A stretch of DNA of 64,000 nucleotides from Picochlorum sp. SENEW3 (taxonomy: Eukaryota): contig CP120454.1 of the NCBI GenBank assembly GCA_034226945.1, positions 124,001 through 188,000 of the forward strand, given 5' to 3'. Under the pieces are notes generated by a model. That model searched no databases. It saw nothing but the letters and a program-made list of their open reading frames with translations, and had not been told where the DNA came from. The position numbers were made by a program, and so were the translations under genes. The stretch's first letter is position 1, and each line of letters starts with the position of its first letter. This document shows positions 45,520-56,846 of the stretch, piece after piece.

Positions 45520-47316
45520 ATGAGCGTCAATGAGGTGGCCCAGTGTGATGTGCCAGGTGGCTCTGGGGAGGGAGGGCAGGGAAACTTCAAGGAATCGGCC
45601 ACTCGGCCGCTTGAGGATCAAGGCACGAGTACTACTCATAATAGTAAAAGAAAGAGAGTAAAACGTTCGGATGCTGTGGAGGTGAAGAAGGAGAGGAAGA
45701 AGAAGAGGAGCAAGAAGCAGGTGGGCAGCAATGATTTGGAGAGTGAAGGTTTGACGTGTGCGGTGTGCTGTGAGGCACTCATACAGCCAGGTACTAAATC
45801 CAATACATCGATTGAGTGCCCTTCGTGCCAGTATCAGGCGTGTGTGAAGTGTGTCGAGCGTTATATCCTGGACATGCGGGAGGGTCAACCTCAATGCATG
45901 AACCCTGAATGCCAGGCAGAGTGGCACACGTCGTTCCTGGACAAGTATTTCGCAAAGAGTTGGATCAACGGTCCTTATTATAAGGCAAGATCCCAGTATC
46001 ATTTGAAGATGGAAATGGCCAAGCTTCCAGAGGATCATGAGAGTTTGTTGAACTACAGGCATTGTAATCAACTGGCAGAGGACATTAAAGTTTTCAACAC
46101 AGAAGTCAAAGAGCTGAAAAGGCAGCTTGATGAGAAGAAACAGATTATATCTTTCACCAACAATATGATACGTGAGTACAAGACGTCTCAATATCTGGTG
46201 AACCTGAGGGATGTGGAGCCTGAGGCTCTTTCCAGCAGGCATGGTCAGTTTCCTTGCCAGGATGAGCAATGCAAGGGTTTCCTGCACAAGGAAACGCATG
46301 TGTGCAACATATGCGACAAAATCACATGCAAAAATTGTCATATTCTTCTGGGTAAGGAAGCAGATGAGGAAACGGTGGAGCATGTGTGCAAGGAGGAAGA
46401 TATTGAGACTGCAAAGTTGCTCAGGGTTAATACAAAGCCATGTCCATACTGCAACATGGGCGTCTACAAGATTGAAGGATGCTCTCAAATGTTTTGCACA
46501 GCGTGTAAAACTGCTTTCGGGTGGAACTCGGGGAAGATCATCAAGTCAAACATTCACAATCCTCATTATTTTGACTGGAGAAGAGAACAAGCAGAGGATG
46601 GGGTGATCCCTCGTCAACCTGGAGATCAGCCTGGAGAACAGGTTGAGGAGAATCAGAGGGAGATATATGGTCGACATGGCGTTCCTCGTTTAAGCAAAAC
46701 AGACCTGTGGAAGCGTCTTGGTTGCTTGGAACCTGGCATGCAGCTCACCCTACGAGCTGGTGTGGATACTCATGGAGGTGAACGAGCACATATCGAAGAT
46801 TCTTTGAAGAATATGTGGGTGGACAATATGGAGGTTGCTCTAAAGTTTGTCAAGGCTTTGATGGCAGAGATTGCTGAGATAGAGGAGCGAGAGCGCCCTG
46901 ATGCCCCTCGTATCTGGCGATTGTACTATGCAAACAACGACGTAAGCGAACTTGCATTCAAAAATCAGCTGATCAAGATTGACAAGAGAGAGAGCAAGTC
47001 CAAGGAGCTCAAGCACATGCTTACAGAATCTGCTCGTTACATTGCTACTCAATTGAGCAATGTGACTGAAAGTCTGGAAAGCATGGATGCAGCATGGGCT
47101 GCAGTCAAAAAAGAGACCTCTCAGCTCGATCGAAAGCTTGTGTCCATCAGAAACTGCTTTGGAGGACCCATTCCTGAGGATGGTCAATTTTCACATGTTC
47201 TACGTGCGATAGAATTTGCGAAAAGGCTGAAACGCGAAGATGCATATCCAGCACTAGAGGAAGATGCCCTGATGGAGAGAGATATGACTGATTTGTACTA
47301 TGATCCGTACTTTTGA
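45520..47316 (+). CDS. RING-between-RING (RBR/IBR) E3 ubiquitin ligase-like protein
   Basis: RING1 CAVC...CPSC...CVKC...CMNPEC; IBR CQDEQC...CNIC...CKNC...HVC; Rcat TKPCPYC...KIEGCSQMFCTAC; intronless. Confidence 0.85.
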   Translation: MSVNEVAQCDVPGGSGEGGQGNFKESATRPLEDQGTSTTHNSKRKRVKRSDAVEVKKERKKKRSKKQVGSNDLESEGLTCAVCCEALIQPGTKSNTSIECPSCQYQACVKCVERYILDMREGQPQCMNPECQAEWHTSFLDKYFAKSWINGPYYKARSQYHLKMEMAKLPEDHESLLNYRHCNQLAEDIKVFNTEVKELKRQLDEKKQIISFTNNMIREYKTSQYLVNLRDVEPEALSSRHGQFPCQDEQCKGFLHKETHVCNICDKITCKNCHILLGKEADEETVEHVCKEEDIETAKLLRVNTKPCPYCNMGVYKIEGCSQMFCTACKTAFGWNSGKIIKSNIHNPHYFDWRREQAEDGVIPRQPGDQPGEQVEENQREIYGRHGVPRLSKTDLWKRLGCLEPGMQLTLRAGVDTHGGERAHIEDSLKNMWVDNMEVALKFVKALMAEIAEIEERERPDAPRIWRLYYANNDVSELAFKNQLIKIDKRESKSKELKHMLTESARYIATQLSNVTESLESMDAAWAAVKKETSQLDRKLVSIRNCFGGPIPEDGQFSHVLRAIEFAKRLKREDAYPALEEDALMERDMTDLYYDPYF

Positions 47317-47388
47317 AGAGTACAAATCTATTTTGCATGCATTTTTTTTCCTCGTCGATATGGTTTTTAAGATTGTAATGCATCGAAT

Positions 47389-49014
47389 ATGCTCTACAGA
47401 TCGAGGATTCCTTCACATGTAGCAATGTCTTTTAGCAACCAAGCCTATTTGAAAACGCATGCCCTTTCTCGCAATGACTGTGATCTACATAGATCAAAAG
47501 ATATGTCGATCGTTTGGTTCCGAATTGGGGACTTGAGGATCCACGATCACGAGCCTTTGTTTGCTGCATGCGATCAAAGGAATGCTACAGTTATACCAAT
47601 GGTACTTTTACCCGAAAATGATGGTATACAATCTCATCGCCGCATTGCTATCAATAGGGCTTTAATTTGTCTTGAAAAGGCACTGAAAGAAAGGGTGGGT
47701 GGCCTGCCGCTCAGCATCGTTGAGAGAAATGAGTGGCACAAAGCTCTGGGAACCATGATTGGCAAGGCAGAGGGGAACAGAGTCGATTTTCACTTTTACA
47801 TGTCACCACATAAATCCTTAGATCCATGGGGATATACAGTACAAGAAGAGATGGTTGGATTGCTCAAAGAGAAGGCACACGTCCGGATCCATCCATACTG
47901 GGGCAAGACACTCTTTCACCCTTTGGACATGAGTTCTGATCAGACTGGACGCCCTTCTCCTTCGATATCTACGTACAGTATGGATACCCAGTTTCCAGGA
48001 TCGCTAGATTTGATTGCATCCTGCGAAACTATGACCCAGTTTCGAGAAAGATGTCAAGGGACTCTTCCCGTGAGGGAGCCTCTTGAGGTTCCTTTGGTTT
48101 CAGAGGAAATGCATTGCGAGGAACTGCGCACATACATGAAGGAACATTCCATATCCTCTACAAATTTAGATACGACATCTTGTGAGATACGGGAGGACAT
48201 CCCAATTGAGGAGGAGGTTGCTTTAGAGCATCTGGAGTCCATGCTGCACAATGATGCATACATGGGCTCATATAGGACCTCTCGAATGTCTGCATCCACA
48301 AGCGAAAGGGGTGCTATGTTGAGTACAGCATTATCCTTGGGTACTCTGAGTCCCAGAATGGTATATCGTAAAGTTCATGATAGACTGCTTGCCAAGAAGA
48401 AGGGGCAAGGAGTATCATGGACGTGGGGCCCCAAGGTTACCTCCTCAAGTCTAGGAGAAGAATGGCTCCTCATGCACCTGGTCATACGGGACTATTTTAT
48501 CTATTTAGCGGAACATGAAGGAGACCGGATATATACTTTCGGCAATGATCGAGAATGGTCCCAAGACAAGGATGCACTCAATCACTGGATCCATGGTCAG
48601 ACAGGCTTCCCATTTGTTGATGCATCCATGCGCGAGCTCCATGCCACTGGTTTCATGTCTAATCGTGCTAGACAAAACGTGGCGTCCTTCCTCACGAAAG
48701 AACTTGGTATTGATTGGCGATGGGGTGAAGAGTATTTCCAGAAAACCTTGATTGACCACGATAACAGTGTGAATGCTGAAAGTTGGGCCTACATATCTGG
48801 AGTCGGCCCAGGACGGAGAGATACAAAATTCATGACGGTGACGCAAGGAGAAAAGTATGACCCTGACGGTTCACACATTGCCCGATGGATCCCCGAACTC
48901 TCCCATCTGGAACCTACACTTCGACACAGGCCCTGGCTGGTTTCTGACCAGCCACTGGCCTATCCTGCCCCAATCCGACCATATGAGTCTCAAATCGGCA
49001 AACCACCCAAATGA
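47389..49014 (+). CDS. Cryptochrome/photolyase, CRY-DASH-like
   Basis: IVWFRIGDLRIHDHEPL; FAD domain GQTGFPFVDASMRELHATGFMSNRARQNVASFL...IDWRWGEEYF...YDPDG. Confidence 0.9.
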   Translation: MLYRSRIPSHVAMSFSNQAYLKTHALSRNDCDLHRSKDMSIVWFRIGDLRIHDHEPLFAACDQRNATVIPMVLLPENDGIQSHRRIAINRALICLEKALKERVGGLPLSIVERNEWHKALGTMIGKAEGNRVDFHFYMSPHKSLDPWGYTVQEEMVGLLKEKAHVRIHPYWGKTLFHPLDMSSDQTGRPSPSISTYSMDTQFPGSLDLIASCETMTQFRERCQGTLPVREPLEVPLVSEEMHCEELRTYMKEHSISSTNLDTTSCEIREDIPIEEEVALEHLESMLHNDAYMGSYRTSRMSASTSERGAMLSTALSLGTLSPRMVYRKVHDRLLAKKKGQGVSWTWGPKVTSSSLGEEWLLMHLVIRDYFIYLAEHEGDRIYTFGNDREWSQDKDALNHWIHGQTGFPFVDASMRELHATGFMSNRARQNVASFLTKELGIDWRWGEEYFQKTLIDHDNSVNAESWAYISGVGPGRRDTKFMTVTQGEKYDPDGSHIARWIPELSHLEPTLRHRPWLVSDQPLAYPAPIRPYESQIGKPPK

Positions 49015-49090
49015 TAGCAAAAATTCAACGTTTACACAATCTATTTCTTCTTGTAAGCAATATGTCTGACACATCTTCTTCTTGTTCATC

Positions 49091-49708
49091 TTACAATGGC
49101 AAAACAACTCCATGACTATTTCGTCGTCCACCACCTCCACCACGGAACCTTCCACGCACCCCAGAAGAATGCTTCTGATAAATCTTTTCAAATCTACTGT
49201 TGATACTTTCTCCAGTTGTACCAACCACTCGAGCTGGAGCCCTCTGTCGCCGGGTCACTCCCTCTTTGGGACCCAGGCCATACCCAAGTCCTTTACCACC
49301 ATGCATCGTCACAGTAACGCCACGCCGACCTCGCTGAGTACCAGAACCAGAAGCCTGTCTTCCTCCTCTTCCCCGAGACGCTGCAACACCCCGGGACGCC
49401 TTCTTCACGCCTCCAGACACGGGTGTTTTGACTGCACCCTTCTTCCCCACACCGCCCCTGATTGGAGTTTTGGCAGAACCTTTCTTACCCGCTTTTGGAG
49501 TGCCCTTTTTCCCCTACACATATTATTTGCATATAATGTGTGACCATATAAAGCCATTCAGCGCGTGACCGACAGCGTCGAGATTCATCAGTCAAATGAA
49601 ACTTGAATTTTCGTGACACACCTTGGCTGGCACCTGCTTCTTCTTAGGTTTTTTCTGTGATTTAATTAAATCATCCAAACTCTGACCAAGTTTCGACTCT
49701 ACATCCAT
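49091..49708 (-). CDS. UAP56-binding-motif, Lys/Arg/Gly-rich mRNA export adaptor-like protein (UIEF/FYTTD1/Chtop-like); 2 exons
   Basis: Exon 1 MDVESKLGQSLDDLIK (UBM-like); intron 49621-49514; exon 2 with GKKG..KTP repeats, RGG and SINSRF. Confidence 0.6.
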
Positions 49709-49873
49709 GCTGGTTTCGTCTTTTGTTCCTGTTTGTATCAAAAAAACGAGATCACGGTGTTGAAAGGTTTCCCTGTACACTTTTCAGAGGTTTTAGAACC
49801 TCTAACAACTACACAACTTATTTTTAGGCTGGCTGCTACACGGCACGTCGTGGAGTATAAATCAAACACCTCC

Positions 49874-49893
49874 GTTTGATGGGCCCATCAAAC
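49874..49893. promoter_or_regulatory. Perfect 20-bp palindrome GTTTGATGGGCCCATCAAAC containing GGGCCC (site II-like core)
   Basis: Read directly; lies upstream of the 49708 start codon. Function is inferred. Confidence 0.35.
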
Positions 49894-50058
49894 TTCAGGG
49901 CGCCCAAAAGTTTTGGGTCATGGAATCCATTCGGTGAAATCACTATTCATATTTACAATAGCGACACACACGGTATACTATTCTCTGTACAAATGTGAAA
50001 GTGAATAAGACGAAAAAGGGCTGTTTCTGCAGCCCATGACAATGTTGCCCATTGTTTT

Positions 50059-52802
50059 CTACTGGGGTTTCTTCATTTTGGCTTCTTCTTCCAATTTCTT
50101 ATTCAGGGCTATATAGTCGACGGTGGATCGTCGCCTCTTTTGCCTGCCACCTGCATCAGGAGATTCAAAGGCTTGATCTACTGCTGCAGCGGGCTTCTCT
50201 TCCTGGGTGTCATTTTCCTGTGTGCCAAAGGGTACTGTGTTGGCAGCGGCTTCTTGAGCAGCCCTCTCAGCTGCTTCTCGAGCAGCCTTTTCGGCGGCCT
50301 CTGCTCTTCTCTTTTCTTCCATTTCGGCCCGCAATCTCTTCTCTCGTTCTCTCTCAAACTTTGCATCTGCAGAATCCCACTGTTGGAAGTTTGGTTCGGC
50401 CAAAGCACGGACATGCGCAGCCACACTTCGAGCAAATGCCGAAACAACATTTCCCTGAATTCTGTAGCCACCTTCTAACACGGAAACAATCCGTCCATGA
50501 CAGCATCTATTAGCAATCTGAACCACCTGATCAGTAATCCATTCAAAATCCTTTTCCTGGATACCAATGTATGAAAAGTTGATGTCATCTTTTCTATGGG
50601 CATCAAAACCAGCAGACAAAAGGATCAAATCAGGCTCAAATTTCACCAGAGCAGGGAATATTTTATCTCTCCAAGATCGTTTCCATTTTGGAACGTGATG
50701 GCCTGGTCCCGGTATTCCTACGTCGATAATGCGGGGACCTTCTGTCCTGGGCATTTCTCCTCCTCCATACGAAAACTCAGCATCAGGATCCTCCTCGATT
50801 TCTTCTGGAGGCTTGACTCCATCCATTGAATTGACAGAAACCTCGTTTATTTCTCTAGCAGATGACTTGCTTAGTTGCCATGTGTCGCATGTAGCACCAG
50901 ACCCAGGGTACACATATGCCCCCATGCCATACCCTTTGGGACCATATCCTTGAACACTAGCAAAGAAAATATTGTCCTTATCGCTCTCATCATACCATGG
51001 TTTATATACTGGGAATGTCTGAGTTCCTTTACCGTAGGGTGTGGCGAATTCGAATGTATCCATGGATGGAGCTGTGTTGGCCACACACGCCTCTGTCCCA
51101 TTACCATGGTGCACATCAAAGTCAAGTATAGCCACCTTCTTGATCCCCACATTATGATATACAGACATTGCATACGCAGCTCCTATAGCAACATTATTTA
51201 ATAAACAGAAGCCGTGGCTTCCATTGGGATCCATCCTGCTTGTCACAACCCCGTGAGGCCCAGCATGATGGCCCGGAGGACGCACTGGGCAGAAGGCATT
51301 CTTGGCTCTTCCTTCCATGACTTCATCTATCGCATGGCACACTGCACCAGCAGCAGCCAGAGCAGCTTTAAATGTACCATGTGATATAGCCGTATCGCCA
51401 TCCAAATGACGAATATCCGTAGGATCATCTTCAATGGATTCGCTTGCCTTTTGCAATTTCAACACATATCCCCAGTCATGCACCTTTAATATATCTGCCA
51501 AAGCAGCCTTTCTGGATTTTCTATCCCACACAAGGTTGTGTCGGAACGCACTTGTCTTCAGAGTCCCGATTTCAGGGCTCGTGAGCACTGTAAGACGTTC
51601 TACATTCTCAGGTGGAGGAGCGCTTGCCTCTCGTGTGATGGGCCAAGGGGCTGTATGATGATTCAAACACTCCGGTGGAGCTACAATCAATGTCTTTCTC
51701 TCCCATCTAGGTATAGACAAAGACGAACCCCGTATGGTAGGTGTTGGCGGATGGTCATCTTTGTGGTTCACATGCTCTGTTCCTGAGAAGACTGCTGCCA
51801 CAGCAGGATGGCCCCTCTTCTCAGCAATTTCTGCCGGTGTCCTTTTCTGTCTATTGTGCAGACCCGAGCAGCTGGGATATAATTCCATCAAAACACGAGC
51901 AGTGTCCAGATCCCCGCCCAGAGCCGCCATGTGAGCTACAGAAAGTCCAGATTTGTTCTTCTCCTCCACAGCAGCTGGCTTCAATCCAACCAGATGACGC
52001 ACCACATCAGCATGACCGTACCGCGCTGCCAGATGCAACGCTAGATTTCCTTGTTTATCCTGAAAATCCCATAAAGGAGGAGCTTCATCGAACGGATTCC
52101 CTTCCAAAGACGCTGCCTTGTCTTCAAGGACTTTGTCCAACAGCCCTTGTCCAATCTCCACCAGCCGAACACATTCATCCAAAAGTCCAAAAGAAGCTGC
52201 CCAATGCAATGGTGTGCGCCCATGATCATCTCTATCTAATATAATACACCCATATTCAACCAAAAGATTAATGGCCTCCACACCAAACTCTTTCTGGTGT
52301 CTTTGGACATGGTCCAAACTGGACACCTGCACAGCCATGTGCAATGGCAGGGAGCCTTCCAATTTCTGCACCACCCGAGCCCCTTTCTCCAGCAAGATTT
52401 TCATACAATCCAGTTTGCTATACAGAATAGACACATGCAAAGGAGTGCAGCCATCCCTATCTCGTGCATTCAAGTCAACCGTTGGACCTGGTTCAACAAC
52501 CACAACATTGCCCAACCCTGGCACTCCATCCATTCCAGATGGCTCCGCTGGGACCATGCTTACATCACCCATCAAACCAATCCCATTCTCTATCATCTCA
52601 GGAGCGACAATTGGAGCTGGAGCCGGCGGCGTCAGAAGAGCTGTCAAGGCGTCCACATCTCCTCGCTCGACAATATCATGCAACTCACTGCAACACAGCA
52701 CATGAGCCTGTCAGAGTCACACGATGACAACCATCCACCATATATATACACGTACAACTCATCCCCATCATCTGAGCCACTTTGCGTGCCGAAGAAATCC
52801 AT
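50059..52802 (-). CDS. Ankyrin-repeat histone deacetylase (class II-like); 2 exons
   Basis: About five ankyrin repeats (GCTPLH, GRTPLHWAA, GNLALHLAA), then RPPGHH, GFCLLNNVA, DFDVHHGNGT, SAGFDAH, LEGGY; first exon MDFFGTQSGSDDGDE. Confidence 0.92.
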
Positions 52803-53293
52803 GTCTAGACAAAAAAGTCTCCTTTTTCCTCTCAACCCAGACTGACACACTGAAGCAAATCCCTCCTCCTAGACAAAAGAACAAGACGATACCTATAAAT
52901 ATTTGAGAATTTGATAGGTACCAGTATGCGTTTTGAACCTCAAGGAAAACTTTGTTTTTTAATTTTTGTAGGCTCCTGAGGGAGCGCGTAGGCGCTTTGA
53001 GAGAGATTTTTTAATTCCGTGTCAGGCTTGGTGCGCACTTGTTACTCGGTCAAAGGCTGTACCTGACCGAACACTATTCTAATTATAGGCAGACTGCATT
53101 TCCTGAGGCCTCCTGACCGTGTCATCCCAAATCTGCGGCATTCCATCGAAACCCCACAAAAGAATCATTTATAACTTTACTACAATCAAAGAATATTTGA
53201 ACACAGTTACAGAGTGTGTACCCGAGACTGTTCTGTCCTGATCATCGCTGTCGTAGCATCATCAGCCACCAACGTCAACGCGGAAGATACGCA

Positions 53294-54157
53294 ATGAATA
53301 CCATGGTTGCTGCAATGAATAGTACATGCATATCACCGATGAGTCACATGTCCACGCGATTGGCTGATTCACGTCGCCATGTCGCTGTGCGTCCAATTCA
53401 ACGTGTCGGAAACTCGAGTCGCCACGTCGTCAAGGGTTTCAGGTTTGCTGAGAGGAAGAGGACCAGCGCCATCGTTCAGGCTGCTGCTGATCAAAGCGGT
53501 TTGTTAAATAATACATTGATTAAGATTCAGGGGAGGAAGATGGAAGTGACTCCTTCCATGAAGGAGTTTATCACGGACAAGGTGTCCAAGGCCCTGGATA
53601 ATTTCGAGCCTGTGCTTCGCGAGGTTGATGTGACTGTGTCTGTTGCTGGAAATCACGGGAAAAAGTCATCGGAGGCGCATCACCAAAGAAATCAAAAGGT
53701 GGAGGTGACTGTGTACACCAAAAAGCATGGTATTGTGAGGGTGGAAGATACAGAGGAAGATTTGTATGCTGCCGTTGATTTGGTGACGGACAAACTGAAG
53801 AGGAAAATGGTGAAGATGAAGGAGAAGAGTATCCAGAAGAATACGTGGCCTGGTCGAGGTGGAACCAAGGGTGGGTTGAAGATTGATCAAGTCTTGTCAG
53901 ACTCTGTGGATGAGGAGGATTTCACGGCTGATATTGGACACGACGATGGCATCATGTCTGATAGCCTGGGGGATATTGTTCGAGAGAAGATATTAATTCT
54001 TTCGGAATCGATGTCTCGAGAGGAAGCTGTGGAGCAGTTGGAAGCAGTTGGACACGACTTTTTTGTGTTTATTGATTCCAAGGATGGGGGGATGAAGATT
54101 GTCTACAAGAGAGAGCATCATGGATATGGACTCATTATTCCAACGCAGGAGCAGTAG
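53294..54157 (+). CDS. PSRP1: Plastid ribosome hibernation factor PSRP1 (long HPF/S30AE)
   Basis: Transit peptide, IQGRKMEVT, EDLYAAVDLVTDKLKRK, C-terminal EEAVEQLEAVGHDFFVF...YKR..GYGLI. Confidence 0.9.
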   Translation: MNTMVAAMNSTCISPMSHMSTRLADSRRHVAVRPIQRVGNSSRHVVKGFRFAERKRTSAIVQAAADQSGLLNNTLIKIQGRKMEVTPSMKEFITDKVSKALDNFEPVLREVDVTVSVAGNHGKKSSEAHHQRNQKVEVTVYTKKHGIVRVEDTEEDLYAAVDLVTDKLKRKMVKMKEKSIQKNTWPGRGGTKGGLKIDQVLSDSVDEEDFTADIGHDDGIMSDSLGDIVREKILILSESMSREEAVEQLEAVGHDFFVFIDSKDGGMKIVYKREHHGYGLIIPTQEQ

Positions 54158-54580
54158 GAATATTCGTATGCTACTGCAGATGGCGTGGTAGAGACGTGGG
54201 TTTTTCGTTTGCCCACGAGACGTAGCCGTGCATTTTTCCAACGAATCTTACAATGAATTTTACTCTATGTATTCTATTCCAACTCAATTCTAACGGAATG
54301 CGTGTAACATATATCCTACACTACATAGTGATGCGATCATGATTGAGCCATCATACCCGTTTTTTCTTTTTGATGGTGCATGCACCAATACTTGTCAAGA
54401 TGAGTGGGATTGCAAGACTGGAAAATAACCCATGTTGAGCGGCCTGAAAGGGCATTACTATTTTCAGAATCATTTTTTATAACAGACATATTGCATCTAG
54501 TTGATGTAATGAGTCAAGAAAGAGCGTGCTGAATGATATCAACGCTTTTGACTCTGTCTCAGCAGTAGAGGAGCTTTGCC

Positions 54581-55802
54581 ATGGCGATTCGCAAAGTATC
54601 GAATAGATTGGCACGCATCAGGTACATTTTGATATTCTCTTGTCATCACAATGGTATGAATGGATCCATCAGTCAAATCTGTTACGAATTCTGTTGACAT
54701 TGCAGTGCCTATAGCCATGTGGAAGATCATTTACGTGAAAAGACTGTGTATGGAGGCATATGTGCGTGTCTATTGTTTCAAAATGCTATATATGTACAAC
54801 GTCAAGTCATCCTGCGATGATGCAGTATCCTTGGTGGGGGGTTTGATTGCTCTGTGGTTGGTTGTCTCAGAGGCAGTTCGGTGCTTGTCCTATGGCGTAA
54901 GGGAAGACATGTCTGTGGATTTATCTAGAGAGGAGACTATGCACATTCGGTTCAATGTTACATTTCCAGCTCTGCCGTGTCGATCTCTGCGTGTGACGAC
55001 TGGTGATTTGAGTGGGAATTTTGAAACTGAGGGTCTTCTCAAATCTGCTCATGATGGAGAAGTGCACAAGTGGCGGTTGGATCCGAATGGGAAACGTCTT
55101 GAGAGGCAAGAGTATCTTGCGCCACGAGGAGCTGATAACCCATTCGTGCTGTATTTGGATTATGAGGATATGAAAGAGATGAGGAATGAGATTGTTGGGC
55201 ATGATGGATGCAATATACATGGGTGGATGGATGTCAAGAGGATTGGCGGGAATTTGGCATTTTTGGTGCGACAAGAGGCTATATTGGCTTCACAGGATGA
55301 TATAGGTACAATGGAAGCGTTGTTGTCTCGACACATGCACCATGGACTTGAAAAAGACCATCCCCATGCTGTCTTGTTGAATGCAAGCCATATTATTCAC
55401 ATGCTTCGGTTTGGCCCATCGTATTCGGGGCAAATCCGTCCATTGGAGAATACAAGGCGAATAGACAGGAAAGCTACTGGGATTGACAAGTATTTCGTGA
55501 AAGTTGTGCCTGTGACACACAAGTCATTCTGGGGAAGGGAGACTCATAGCGAAGACTACAGCGTGACAGAGTATTATCAGAGTATCACTCTCGGTCAAAA
55601 TGCACTCCCGGGATTCCTTGTCATGTATGATTTATGGCCGATTCGAGTGACCAAGTCTGTGTCGCGTCTAGGTCTTCTTCACTTCATGGTGAGAGCATGT
55701 GCTGTCGGAGGAGGCATTTGGACCGTCACCAATATCACCAATAGACTCGTTCACAGCACACTCAAATCCCTTGGACCGAACAAACGAAAGCATAAATTGT
55801 AG
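54581..55802 (+). CDS. Second ERGIC/Erv41-46 family ER vesicle protein; 3 exons
   Basis: Spliced N-terminus MAIRKVSNRLARISAYSHVEDHLREKTVYGG; NVTFPALPC, GCNIHG, KYFVKVVP, YSVTEY, YDLWPI, CAVGGG. Confidence 0.85.
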
Positions 55803-55927
55803 TAGTAGAGTAACACGACAGTATCTACATGTCTTGAATTTACAGTACACGAGTGATTCCAGAGTGAATTGATTCATAAACATTTGCAAGGCATCTGTTC
55901 ATCAGTACCACATGCCCTTGAGACTGC

Positions 55928-56385
55928 CTATTCTCCCTTATACTTTTTCATTTCCTTCTCATATCTCGCCTTGTCAGCAGTAGCCTTTTCCTTATACGTG
56001 TCGGCTGCTGCAGTCTCCTTGATCTTGTTCCACTCGGCACCCATGATCTTTCCGAGCTCAGCCACGCCTGCATCAGGGTTATCAGCCTTTGTCTTGGCTC
56101 TCACGTCAGCCATGAAGAAGAAGTAGGCAGACATTGGCTTCTGCAGTACAATAGACACCGTCGGATGGTCAGGATATGAAGATACACGCCAAGGTACGAA
56201 AAAGTCAACAACGAAACGGGCGCGACACACGTTTCCCTTGAAACCCGAATCCCTCGTTGTTTTTCTACGCATCATCGGAAATAAATCATCTCATGAGCGC
56301 CTTTCCGCACCTTTGGAGCGTTTGGATCCTTCTGCTTCTTCGCCTTGGTCTTCTTCACCGCGGCGTTCTTGGTCTTTGGAGCCAT
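55928..56385 (-). CDS. Small HMG-box protein (NHP6/HMGB type); 2 coding exons plus a probable 5' UTR intron
   Basis: MAPKTK...KDPNAPK|KPMSAYFFF...ELGKIMGAEW...DKARYEKEM; intron 56310-56141. Confidence 0.92.
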
Positions 56386-56846
56386 CTGCAACGCAAAACA
56401 GGCAAGATCAGAGCGTGATTGGTATGCTTTTGCATTAAATCAGTTTTCAGGTTATACAAGATCCTTCAATCCATTCAAATGGCGAAAGAAACCGTAGTTT
56501 CGGCTGTGCGGATGGCCCGCGAAAAACCGTTTGAGCGATCAGAGCACGAAACAAAGCGCCATGGGTCGTACCTTGAGGTTTTCTGGTGGATCAAATCGAT
56601 AACAAATGAATTTATAATGACCGAGAACCCTTGATTGATATTATATGGAGCAAGAGAATGGGATTTTCGCAGAGGACAACCACGGCGAAGGTGGCGCCTT
56701 TTTTTCATTTTTTTCAAGTGCATTTGCATGATACTGCTGTGAGCATCTGCATAGGATGTGGGAATATACAAGGCCCCACAGAATAGTATATAGTACTTAC
56801 ATCAGTTCTGTAATCGGAATGGTTATGTTCAACACACGGATATCAC

